From Paramecium tetraurelia (taxonomy: Eukaryota): DNA of 64,000 nt. The translations under genes were made by a program, and so were the position numbers. The notes below the pieces were generated by a model. The model was given only the letters and a program-made list of their open reading frames with translations. It was not told the DNA's origin and ran no database searches. The stretch spans positions 186,001 to 250,000 of the forward strand of contig CT868518.1 in the NCBI GenBank assembly GCA_000165425.1. Reading direction: 5' to 3'. Positions 51,318 through 64,000 of this stretch are shown piece by piece (the stretch's first letter is position 1; each line of letters starts with the position of its first letter).

Positions 51318-53309
51318 TCATTTTTTATTCCTTTTATCTAAAAGATTTTTAACCTTTTCAACGCATAATCCTTACTCTTTGGCTGAACTTGCAACAATGG
51401 CTGTTGGAATAGAACCTTTGGGGTCAACCATAGTTATAAAGCAAGCCTTAGTTCCTTATTCCATTTTTTAAAGGACCCATCCTGCAATCTTTAATTCTCC
51501 TCTAACAGAGTCCTTTATTGGTGGTATATCAGGATATTCAATTGATTTTGCAACAATAATCCATTTGTTTTCTTCTCTGAAGACTCTAGAAACTAATACA
51601 AAATCCCTGGATTTGACCACTATTTTAATAGTTTTGAATCTTTGATACAAAATACCTGTGTCTTAATCAATTTTCTTATGCATATAACCCTAATTATATT
51701 AAAATTAGATTTACTGAATCGAATAGTGAGTCATAATCTCCTCTTTTCTCAACTTTTTCTATAATTTCATACATTTACTCCATCGAATAAGGGACAATGC
51801 CTTCACCTCTACTCATGGTTTGCCCGCTATTCTCATCAAATCTTGTATGAATGATGAATCCTCCTTTTTCTGATTAAACCTACCATGAAGGATTTAAAGG
51901 ATAAACTGATTCCAATAATTTTTTTGCTTCCAAAGTGATGTCAAAATATTTTTAATACTCTGGAGGATAAGATTATTTTGGTGGACTTACTTGTATAGGC
52001 TATGGTTAGAATTATGATATTGGTTGAATTTGAGATTATATGATTTCTTAAGTTGATTCATCAGCCTATGTATATTTAGGAGATTTAGTAAGGATTTCTG
52101 ATTAAATTATGGAAGGTTATTCTATCTAAGCTTTCTGGGTTTGATATTCAAATAGGATGCTTTTAGGATTCTATTTTTGTTGCTTAACAAACTGTTTTAA
52201 ACAAGGCAATAAATGTATTTGTGTATTTTGAGCTAAACATTTAATTTCGATATTGTCTTCCTCAAATAAATACTTAATTATGAACAATCTGAGAATTTAT
52301 TGTTAGTAATATTCAACGATAAAAAATGATGCTTAATCCACAAAGATTGCTTATTAAAACCTTTCAATGACTTAATTTGTATAACTTAGAGTCATAATAT
52401 TATTTTGAGCATTTATTGCTAGGAGATTAGGATTCCACTCTTTTCTAATGTCATTTCTGGTCATCAAATAGACTAAAGAATTATAATCAAAATTCATGTA
52501 ACAAACTCCCTACACAATGAAAGGCTTTGGTTTTTCTTTCTTGTATTTCTTTTATTTGAATACAAAGGGGAGTAAAATGAAATTGATAGTCAGAATTATA
52601 CTGTGAGTGTATTTCTAATTCTCAACCAAAGTCAAGAAATAGTAAATGATTATTGAGATTAAGAAAAATAATAGAGTAGATATAGCAATTAAGTTCCTTA
52701 TGCTAAGATTTTGACACTTAAGAAACAACTAATCAAATTTACTTAAATTATCTTGGGAGATCATTTCTGGTTATTGTTATTTATAAATTAATACTCCATC
52801 ATTTATGTCAAAGAGTATTGATTGATGTGATTCAAATTTTTTAATGTATTGTTTAGCCAAAGTTCTTACTTCTTCTCCAAAATCCTATTTAATTAGATCC
52901 TAATCAGGTTAGAAAATGGGAGATTTTGTTTGTTGAATATTGATAGAAGGGGACTATTATTTTAGAAATGATTCTTGGAATTGTGACTCAAATTTCGATT
53001 CAGATTAATATTTTATCTAAGTCAAAGATTGGAGTAATCTTTTATGTTCAGATTCAGTATAAGTAATAATCTTTATGGATTCATCACTATGACATATTTG
53101 CAGAGAAGATCCATTATTAGTGAGTAATTCTTTGATTTTACAATTTCTCAATTTGTATTCAGCCTTAATCTATCTGTCCTCCTTTTTGTCTCTATAAGTG
53201 AAAATCCCCTAGAAATAATGGGAATACATACATCTGAGGAAATTTCAACATACCTAATAACCCAGAAAGACTTTCTTTTTAATTTCACATAAGCTCCAAA
53301 AAGTGACAT
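51318..53309 (-). CDS. PH-domain plus START-domain lipid-transfer protein with internal TM hairpin
   Basis: N-terminal PH-like YVKLKRKSFWVIRYVEI; hydrophobic pair near 52560-52700; C-terminal START RDFV..., VRGELKIAGWVL and VDPKGSIP. Confidence 0.8.
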
Positions 53310-53402
53310 AATATGTAAATTAATTGTATAAATTAGACACAAATTAAGACTATGATTAAAATGGTTAAAGCAAAACTTTATAAAAATATGTTATTATCAA
53401 TA

Positions 53403-55282
53403 TCATTGTTATTTTCCTCTCAAGAGGTACAAAAACATTAAAGCCATAAATCTGAAAAATAGAATTATGGCTGCCAAAATAACCAAGCATTTCCACAGTC
53501 CTAAATCTAAATTGTAGGTATCAATAGGGTTGGAGTTCTCTATAGTCTGACCAATGAATTCATCTCTTCTAGTTTCGAATTCATTCCATACTAATGCCTC
53601 AAAGGCATATTTCATTGGACTTAAATATTGGATCCATCCTATCCAATCCATATACATAGATTAATTAGCATAAAAGCCTGAAAATATAACCAAAGGCATT
53701 AAAACTACAGGCAGAAATCCTGCAGCTGCTTTGAGATCATTAAACATGCAACCAGTCATTAGACCTAATAACTAAAAATTAAATTATACCAAAACTATTT
53801 CCACTTAAACCAAGTAAGATACAAATAATAATGTTAATTACAACTATGTCTCCAGTCTTATAATTCAAATCAACCATCCAATAGCAAATAAGTTACTAGA
53901 TAATAGGGAAAACAAATAAAAATGGAAGCTCTACTGAACTTTTACCTGTGAAATATGCTGCAGTACTATACAATTTTGAATTTTCCTCTCTTAAAAATAC
54001 TTCTCTTTCAGCTGGAAATTACACCATTACAGGATTCAGAGCTCCCATAAAACTGCTCATCACCAAAAAGAATAAAACTCCTATTGTACTCTAAATTCCT
54101 TTGTATCCAGGTTCGCTACCTGCTGTCCAAAAGATACCTCCTATAAGTAGACCAATAAATATCGTCATTACTAAACGACCTCTTACTAGACACCTTGTCT
54201 CTTTTTACGTTTATCATTCCTCTTCTGAAGATTTCAGCCACTTAAAATCCAAAAGAAGTTTAAATTGATTGTCTTGATATCTATTAAACTTAAATTGAGT
54301 TTATTGCATTCTCGATTTCCTGAGAGAATCTTTAATTGTAACCATTAAATAGTGTTTAATAATGTGGATGGTCAGCATCTTCATGATGCATAACACTCAT
54401 TAAATAATCCAAAGGATTAGAATGTGCTGGACATTCAAAACCTATGCCTTTGAAATAATTCACCAATTCCACTCTACTCCCCTAATAGATGAACTTACCT
54501 TAAACTAAAAGCATAACTTAATCAAATAACATATAGATATCAGCACTTGGCTAATGAATTGTAAACACTATTGTTCTGCCTGAACTATGAGCCAATTTTC
54601 GAAGTAAATTTCTAAAATCAAATTTAAATCTATTTTACATTATAATGAAGGCTGTAAACGAATCCAAACCTGAAGTAGGCTCATCCAATAAAATACAAAA
54701 TGGATCACTAACCAATTCAACACCTATCGAAGTTCTTTTTCTTTCTCCTCCTGATATTCCCTTTATCAATGCATTACCAATCTAACATATGTGATCTATA
54801 ATTACAAGAGTGTTTTAACATTTTTCCAACTTTAATGTCTTCAATGCATACTCTACTTTTTCAATCTTTTGTTTTGGATCTGCATACTTTAAATTGGCTA
54901 CAAATTCCAATGTTTCTCTAACGGTTAATGTTCCAAAAAGAACATCATTTTGCATTACGTATGATGAGAATTGAGAAAATTTATCGCTATTATATGGCTC
55001 GCCATTAGCATGAATGTTGCCCTATAAAGCTACATTGCCACCAGGAGATATTCTTTTAGCCAAAATATTGAGCAATGAGGTCTTTCCTGCACCTGAGGCT
55101 CCAAGGATTGCAGTTACCTAAGCTGGTTTGCAAATTCCAGATATGTTATTTAGGATCATTTTGTTCTCTATAATTCCCTGGGGGTTTTTAACTTTGACCT
55201 AATAGGATAAGTTCTAAAAGCTGATTGTCACGCTGCTTGTTGTTTCTTTTGTTTGAACTAGTGCAATTTCATTTCCTTTCAT
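53403..55282 (-). CDS. ABCG half transporter (apparent +1 frameshift near 54190)
   Basis: [26 protein letters not shown] and the membrane domain; one extra base in RDKV/LVRGR relative to the paralogue. Confidence 0.9.
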
Positions 55283-55427
55283 GTTATAAATTTTTATTAT
55301 TAAATTTTAGAAGTCCTATATTCCAAAATTTAATTCCAATATTAATATTATGAGAATTCTTAATCATGTATCTTATAATAATGCAATATTGAATAATAAT
55401 ATAAAATTATAGCACGTCAATTCAAAG

Positions 55428-57291
55428 TCATTACTATCTTGACCTTCCCAGGTATAAAAACATTAGTGATAGAATTCTAAAAAATATTGGGAATGCTATG
55501 AGAACATAAATGCTATTCCATAATCCAAAATCTAAAGAGAAGGTATCAATTGGATTTTGATTCTATATCGTCTATCCTATAAACTCATCTCTTCTGGTAT
55601 CATATTCATTATATATCAGAGCTTCAAAAGCATACTTCATTGGACTTAAATATTGTAGCCAGCTTATCCAATCCATAAATAATGACTAATTAGCATAAAA
55701 CCCAGAGAAGGCAATGAGAGGCATCAGTACCACAGGTATTATTCCAGAGGCATTTCGAGCATCTGATAACATAGACCCAACCATCAAACCTTTGAGTTAA
55801 TATAATGAATACCCATGCTATTTCCACTTAATCCTAACAAAATACATACAAGAATATTAATTATAACGATGCTAGCAGTTTAATCATTTAGGTCTATCAT
55901 CCAATAGCATATTAATTATTAGATAATAGGGAAGATTATTAAAAATGGTATTTCTATAGAACTCTTCCCGACAAAGTAAGCAAATGTTGAATAGAGTTTT
56001 GAGTTTTCTTCTCTTAAAAACACATCTCTTTCTTATGGAAATTGAACTATCACAGGGTTTAGTGCTGTCATAAAACTACTCATAACGAGAAAGAATAGTC
56101 CTCCTGTTGTACTTTAAGTTCCCTTGTATCCAGGTTCATTTGCAGCACCCCAAAAGATACCTCCAACTAATAATCCAAGAAACACTGCCATTACAACTCT
56201 GCTTCTTACCAATATTTTATCTCTTTTTACATTTAGGATACCTCTCTTTAAGATCTAAGCAACTTATTATTTAAAACTAGCTTAATATTATTCATTTAAA
56301 ATTTTTGTAGGTTGAATTCTGGATAATTATTCTTCAATTTAAGATTATATTTAATTATCATATCCTTTAAATATATTTTGAAGTTCTTATTATTTATGAT
56401 CACCACTCTGTATAATTGATATGAAATAGTCCAAAGGATTTGCCATTTTGGGACATTCAAAACCTATTGATGAAAAATAATCGATCATTTTATCTCTAGA
56501 CCCTTAATAAACGAATCTTCCCTTTGCAAGCACAAATATTTGATCAAATAACAAATATATGTCTGAACTTGGTTGATGTATAGTGAAAACGATGGTTCTT
56601 TTGGAAACTACTGATAATTTTTTTAATAGATTTCTAAATAATTATGTTTTTATACATAATAACAAAAGCAGTAAAAGAATCTAGTCCAGATGTTGGCTCA
56701 TCTAAGAGTATGCATTGGGGATCTCTTACTAATTCAACCCCTATGGAAGTTCTCTTCCTCTCTCCTCCAGAAATCCCTTTTAGCAACTCATTTCCAATCT
56801 ATAATATAATTTTCAAGTAATACTAAAGTATTTTAGCATTTTTCTAATTTCAAAGTCTTGAGGGCATAATTAACTCTTAATTGCTTTTCATTTGCATTAG
56901 TATATTTAAGATTAGCAACAAACTCTAAGGTTTCTTTGACTGTTAATGTGGCGAAGAGGATATCATTTTACATTACATAGCCAAAAAACCTAGCAAATTT
57001 CTCACTATCATAATGGTTTCCATTGGCCAGAATATCCCCTGTAATTTGGACATTGTCTTTTGTGGAAATTCTCTAAGCTAAGATATTAAGTAATGAAGTT
57101 TTTCCTGCTCCTGAAGCTCCTAGAATAGCTGTGACTTTTCCAGGAGGACAAATTCCAGATATATTGTTTAGGATGGTTCTACTTTCTGATTCACTATTTC
57201 TACTTTGATTTACTTTGTAACTCAGGTTTTTGAAGCTCAAAGTCAAACCAATGTTTTAGTCTTGTTGAGGAACGACTTAGGTTTTATTCAT
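55428..57291 (-). CDS. ABCG half transporter (tandem paralogue)
   Basis: [36 protein letters not shown] and FSGFYAN; same intron positions as the neighbouring copy. Confidence 0.95.
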
Positions 57292-57447
57292 ATGTGTTTA
57301 TTATTATTACAATTTTAGAAAGTCTTGAATTCCAATTTATAATAAGTTTGATTGCTAAAATTAGATTAAACACACCCCGTTTGAAAATAAATTCTGATGA
57401 AATATATAAATTATGATAATGAGAAATTAAATTATAAATTCAAACCA

Positions 57448-59784
57448 TCAGACAACCTTCTATTGAATCAAATCATTATGCATTTGCTATTCTATCTCCT
57501 CTTAAAATTCATCCTCCTCTATGATATTTTAGAGTTCAAAATAATCTTCTTCATCATCATTCATTTTAGATTTCAAATTTTCTAAATCTCCTCCTTCCTC
57601 AGAACTTGATACTTCTAAAATTACAAATATGTTTACCTTCAACAGAATTAACAGCATCATTATCATTTTCAATTTCTTCTTCATCACTGATTCCATCATT
57701 TCGAAATCTTACAGAATCTCCATCCGATTGATCTCTTCTCTCACTAAATGGGAAGTTAGATGGAGTCATGAATGATTTGCCTTATTGAGCAATAGATTAA
57801 TCACTACGAATAAATAAATAGGAATTACTTATCATCAGGTTCACTTGAAGATTCTTCTCTGGATGCATTTTTTCTATGAATTTTTTGCACATTAATTTTA
57901 AATAAGCAATAACTTCCATCATTGTTCTAGAGTAACTTAATTCTATCATGACTTTGATAATTCTTATTATAATTAGATATCATTTTCTTTATAAAAATAA
58001 GATTGGATGATGGAATGCTCTTACTGATAAATATTCTTTTATGTTTTGTTAGATGTTGAAGAATCCCTTTGTAATTGGTCTTATGAGGTCGTTATTCAAT
58101 GAATTCTTATTCTTCCTTTTCATTTTCTAATTCCTGGAACACCACTCTCAAATTCTTTTTAACAGTCTATTCTTTAATGGGTTCCTTTTAAATCTATTCT
58201 TCATTTGCAACTGTCACAAGTGTTTCTAAGGATTTAGTCTTTTTTAATTTTTCAATAGTATTTGTATCTTGATTTCTTCTCCTTCGTTCTTCAGTTTCAT
58301 CTTCTTAATCGCTTATATGATTAATATTGTCTTTCTTTTCATTTTAATCATCAACAATGTAATTGACCTCTGTTTTATTGGTTAGATTATTTTAATTATC
58401 TGATTTTTCATTTTTTGAATTGATTTCATTGAACTTTTACACAGATTATTGGATGAGCACTTTTGGATTGGATTTATCACTCTCTTGAAAGGGAGGAGTG
58501 CCTGTATCAACTTAATACTCATTCATTTATTGAATGAATTATTCAACTATTTCTGATTTATTGACTTTGCTATGAATATAATCCTTAACCTCTTTTGAAT
58601 TTTAAGCATCACTGATTACACTGCTGATAATTTTATTAAACTCCTCATAAATGGGTAATGCATTCTTGAGTTCATTAATTTATAAATCTTCACAAGAATG
58701 TTTAATGTATTGAATTATGGTTCTATGGATGGTGTCAATACTTTTATCAACGTTCACATTATCAACTTTAGGAATTAGAAACTCATCTGCTTTTTCTAGG
58801 AACCATTTCTGAATCAATCTAATATTCTGAAAGTTTTCAATATATTTATTATGTCTCGAATCTAAGGTCATATATTTAGATCTAACTGCAAATCTCTCCT
58901 TATGTTTTGATTCCTTCTTAATGCAAATAGCAAACGGTAACACTCTCTTGTATTTTTTCATCATTTTCATCATGAATATTGGTGTCAAATGTACTCCCTC
59001 AATAATAATAGACTCCATCTTTTCATTAAAAGTCTCTATGACATATTCTAATCTCTATTAAACTAATTGGCATTATGCTTTATAGCCTTTGATTATCCTT
59101 CTTTGATCACTAATATTTAAGTCTGGCAACGTCTTACCAGCTTCATATGTACTAGCAAATAATACTGGATTATCATCTTTGGATAGGAAATTCCTCATAA
59201 TATGTCTTATAGAATCCGTACTATTTAATAATAACTTATTCTTACCTTAAAACTGTAGAAATCCCAAATCTTGATGCTAAAATACTGCTTGCTGTACTTT
59301 TGCCTGTACCTGATGTACCTCCCAATAAAATTATTAATGGCTGTTTCTTTTCTGTAAGATTCCATGCTATTTCGAAATCTTCTCTATATAGTTCTCCTTT
59401 GACTTGAATATATTTTTTTTCAAGGAGTGAACTAAATACATGTTCCTTAAACTCTTTCTCAGTTATAGTAATTTGTTTAAATTAGGGATTAGAAATTTGA
59501 TCAAAGAGGATGGCATTCTTTTGCTTCTCAATATTTTCTAAAAGTATTGACTTTTTTTGTACCAGACAATTTACTGAGTATTTAAACAAATATTTTTTCA
59601 CAAAGGTGATACGAATGAGAAGCTTTGCATCCACTTATTTACAAGATTATTTTTAGTTTCTCTTTATTAATTTTGCGGACTATATATTTGTTAATTATAT
59701 ACTTTATCGTTTCATTTCATTATTCTACTACTAGTCCTTAAGCACAAATATGATATTTTTGTCCACATGACGAACTGATGACAT
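57448..59784 (-). CDS. LPA1-like / 2-phosphoglycerate kinase-like P-loop NTPase
   Basis: ILQISGCKASHSY, IILLGGTSGTGKSTASSILASRFGISTV.STDSIRHIMR, FASTYEAG, IIIEGVHL, HKERFAVRSKYMTLD and NVNVDKS; acidic low-complexity tail. Confidence 0.85.
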
Positions 59785-60554
59785 TCTCGTAAATGTGATT
59801 AATTATTTTATTGAATTAATCATATCATAATAAGATTCAGAAATATCGATTAATTATATAATTTACTAAATGTTTATTGAAGAGTCAAAATAACACAATT
59901 AAGAAAATGACTCAATCAACCATTTTACCACATTTCTCGTAAATATTGAAAAAGAATAAGTTATAGTATTTTACAATATTACTGATTGAATATCTGAATT
60001 GTCTTCCGAATGTTCAATCTGCATTCTAATTTATCTATTTATATATAATTCATTTGAAATTTTATCATAGAAATGGATTTCAGAATCCCAATTCAAATCA
60101 CCTGATTAAAGTAATTATGTGAATAGATGTGATAATACATTACTATATCATTCAGTCATATTTGCATTAAATTAACTTAAGGAAATAGCTACTTAATGAT
60201 CAATAATTCATCTGATATTTCCTTGAAATATTATAGTTGCTTTAGAATATTCAATTTCCTAATATGCAATTCCTAAGAATTCGGTTACAAGAACAATAAA
60301 AAATTGCTACTCTTAATTATATTGTAATACCATGTTTTTAATGCTTATTCATTCTTCTTTAGTTTCTCTTCAAATTTCATTTTCATTAGCATTAATTCAA
60401 ATGAGATATCGTTACTTTTTAAATATGCCAACAATTCATCGTAGCCTCTCTGCAATTAATTAGGTTAGGAGAACCTTTGCTTCAATTATGCAACCATTAA
60501 ACTTTCATTCATAATATAAATTTAATATTATATATTTTGTTGAACAATTCAATC

Positions 60555-63500
60555 ATGCTTCTTATTGTTATATTTCATGCTTATTACTTAACTTGTAATT
60601 ATTTAATACTTAAATAGAAAATATTCTCACAAGGTAAGAATGCCAAACTGATATATGTATTTGTCACGGTTCCTCACATCAATGTCGTTGTTATTTTTAC
60701 CAAGCCCCTTATTGTGATGGCTATGGACCTAGTTCAACCTGCTTTACTAATCCTGGATGTTTGGGATGTGATGATAATTCATAATGTCTCAACTGCATTT
60801 CACAGAAATAATTTGTTGATTCATCCCAAAATTGTGTCGATTGCCCAGAACATTGTTTAACTTGTACATCAGAATCGAATTGTTAGAGCTGCATTACAAA
60901 TAATTATTATTTAGATGCTGGACTTTGTAAATAATGTCAATTTCCATGTTAATCATGCAATTCATTACATAATTGCCTAACATGTGTGTCTTAATAATTT
61001 TATCTTATATCTGGTCTATGTAGACAATGTGATTCTCCATGTTTAACCTGCTTAACTCAAACCCAATGTCTAACTTGTGTAGATAATTCATATTATCTCG
61101 ATTAATCAACTTGTATTCCATGCTAATCCCCATGTTTAACTTGTTCAAATTAAAACTTGTGTTTCAGTTGTGTTTCAAATGACTATTAACTCATTAATGG
61201 ATTATGCATTGTTTAATGTCCTCTAAATTGCCTAATTTGTTAGAAAAGTCAACAATGCACTACTTGTGAAGATGGATACTATTTAAATGCTAGTTACAGT
61301 TGTGTAAAATGTTAAGATCCATGTGAAAATTGTCTAAGTCAAGAATTGTGTATTACATGTTAAAGTCTATACTATCAAAAAAATCAACATTGCATTTTAT
61401 GTCAATAGCCTTGTAATACTTGTATAGATGAACAGAAATGCAGTAGTTGTGTAGATGGATATTATTTATTCAATCAGACTTGCAATTAGTGTTCATTAAA
61501 CTGCTTGAAATGTGATTAATATAGATGTTATTAATGCAACAAATAATCATAATTGTTTAATGATTAATGCATAGACTGCACAATTCCTATGAATCACACA
61601 TTTGATATTTGCAATTATCAAAATTGTCATGATGGAGTTTGGACTCATGGAGAAGAATGCGACAATGGTAATTCATATGGCTGCATTAATTGTACCATAT
61701 AAAAGGGTTATTATTGCATTAATCTCAAAGGATATCCATCATAATGTTCAAGATGCATTCAAAATTGTATACAATGTGAAGCTAATAGATTCTGTTAAGT
61801 ATGCAAGGATGGATATTTTTTAAATGCGAATCACTAATGTTAGGAATGCAATATAGAATGCAAAACCTGTTTTTATCAACCAAATAACTGCTCATCTTGT
61901 AAAATAATTAATAAGGATTTCTAATCATGTCAATTATGTGAAATCAATCATGGATATTACACAGATTTTGAAAATAACTAATGCTATTCAAAATGTGGAG
62001 ACAACATCAAAACAACGTAAGAACAATGTGATGATGGGAACAATTTCAACGGAGATGGTTGTTCTTCCAATTGCTAAATTGAAGATGGTTTCTATTGTAT
62101 TGATGGTCATTGTGATACTCTAATATAAGGTGAAATTCAAGTATCTTAATAATAGTTCAATTTTGATGCACCTTCTAAATAGTTTATTATTCAATTCAAA
62201 AACTATGCGTTGAATTCAGATTCAGAAATTGTACCTATCATCTAATTTTTAAATTGCTAAATTAATTAATCCTTGATTGTGGTTAAATAGAATATCACAG
62301 AAGAAATGTACTTTTAGCATAGGGTTATTGAAATAAACATCGAATTTGAGAATAATTGTATAAAAGATAAAATGGAGGTTAATATTGTTTAGAGATACAA
62401 AAACAACAGCAAAAAAAATATCGTTTTATCTTTTCTCACTTTTCAAATATTTGACATTTTATTCATTGAATAATGGAAATAACTGTTTAATGAAATAATG
62501 ATCTCCTTCAATTAGACCCTATTTTACATTTTTGGTTTTGTGTGTTTAGCAACATTTATAACTGGAACAATCGAAGTTGTTTATAATGCAATCGATCTAA
62601 TCCAAATGTTTTCATATTTAAAATATATTAATGTAAATTTACCATCCAATTTATAAAACTATTTTGACCTATTTAAATTTGCTTAATTGCAGTACTTTTC
62701 TAATTTCACAAAATAAGTGGCTCTGACATTTTTGACTCAAAAAGAATTAGAATAATATAATTTCTTGCCTGATAAAATTAAGAGGGATGGATATTACTCA
62801 TATTGTCTGTTGAATTACCCGTTTTTATTTCTACTTTTTGTATTTGCCATACTCTTGTATCCTATGGCCAAATTGTTATTATCATAATTGCAAAGATTTT
62901 AAGTAAGGATAAAGGAAGATGATGATGATTCAATCCTATTAAAATTAAAACTCATTTAATTGCATATTAAATTATATATTCAATAATCCTGCCAATACGT
63001 AATCAATAAATTATACTTCTCAGGCTTCATTTCAACTCATATGATATTAACCTATGACATTCTATTTGTCTCATTACTTAATCTATTCGATTTAAAGTTA
63101 CTATTTACAACTAACAATCCCTTTATTGCAATCAACGTGTATATAGCCATTCTTCTGACAACTATCCACTGCTTACTATTATTTATTTACTATTCTATGC
63201 TTGCCAAATAGACATATTTCCTAGAATAAAAAGACTACGTTCGAAAATGTGGCTCCCTCTTTGAAGGTCTAAAAATAAGTACAACTTCTTGTACTCACTT
63301 CTATAAACTGTTTACACTAATCAAAAAATCATTGTTTATGCTTCTGATAACTTTTTGCTCATCCTTCCCCTATTGTTAAAGCTTATCTATATCTTTTTTA
63401 AGTTTCATCCAAGTACTCTATTTGTTTAATTACAAACCAATCATTTCCCTCATAGAATATAGGAAACAATTAATTAGTGAATCTTGTGTATTAATATTAT

Positions 63501-63775
63501 CCCTACTCATAACTTTGATCATACTTATGCATGACACTCATCAAGATATGTTTTTCTACTAGGATATTATAGGGTGGTGTTCTATAATGATTATAACTTT
63601 ATTGTTACTCTTTTAAATAATATTGGATATCAGATAATAATTCCTACTATGTCAAAAACAGTTTATCCTATTTCACAATATATTAAAGTCAATCTAAACT
63701 AAGATATAAAAGGCTTTTGAGAATTTTAGTGCAACTCAAAGTAATGCGAATTCAAATGTGGTTCTATTTTACTGA
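60555..63775 (+). CDS. Cysteine-rich surface protein (furin-like CxxC repeats, Myxococcus-type cysteine-rich repeats, C-terminal multi-TM domain)
   Basis: Signal peptide and a 23-nt intron; many CxxPCxTC units; CGDNIKTTQEQCDDGNNFNGDGCSSNCQIEDGFYC; hydrophobic C-terminal half; TGA at 63773-63775. Confidence 0.85.
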
Positions 63776-63931
63776 AAATATCAGAAAATGATAATAATTC
63801 ATATTTATGTTTTTAATAACCCTAACTACAGGCATAACAAATACTATTGGAAATATGTATCCTCCTCATAGGATTCTTGTTATAAAATAACTAGCCTAAA
63901 GATATTAATAAAATAAATATATTTTTATAAT

Positions 63932-64000
63932 TCATTTTTTATTAGCATTCCAAGTTTTATTTGATTTCTTGAACTGCTGCATCATTTCTGCATCCTTCTA
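63932..64000 (-). CDS. 3' end of a gene continuing beyond the window
   Basis: QKDAEMMQQFKKSNKTWNANKK followed by TGA at 63932-63934. Confidence 0.5.

Noticed and set aside
1..64000. Pervasive in-frame TAA/TAG suggesting mass pseudogenisation or many tiny ORFs
   Set aside because: Explained by ciliate code table 6: conserved Gln positions such as kinesin YGQTG and USP QQDA use TAA/TAG.

Overview
This is AT-rich, gene-dense eukaryotic DNA from a ciliate macronuclear genome, almost certainly Paramecium. The aurelia complex or P. tetraurelia is an inference. The evidence is that TAA/TAG read as Gln (translation table 6) with TGA as the only stop, introns are tiny (about 22-32 nt, GT...AG), intergenic gaps are often under 60 bp, and an epiplasmin gene is present. 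The supplied standard-code ORF track therefore fragments every gene, so I re-translated by eye with table 6. The window holds about 26 protein genes: mitochondrial uL24, kinesin-14, mucolipin/TRPML, epiplasmin, two large type-I membrane proteins, a bacterial-type homospermidine synthase, Nudix, a DUSP-MYND-USP deubiquitinase, a twin-CX9C protein, an OSCA/TMEM63-like channel, CCP5/AGBL5, ankyrin-DHHC, three ABCG half-transporters, an HP1-like chromo/chromoshadow protein, a WD40-less GATOR2 (WDR59-like) protein, an IQ protein, a coiled-coil protein, a CNBD K+ channel, PH-START, an LPA1/2-PGK-like NTPase, a cysteine-rich multi-TM protein and hypothetical proteins. It also contains a ribokinase pseudogene, other decayed remnants and a 95-N assembly gap. 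I recognised no CRISPR array, rRNA, tRNA, transposon or telomere. CDS coordinates span start codon to TGA including introns and were read manually, so small errors are possible.
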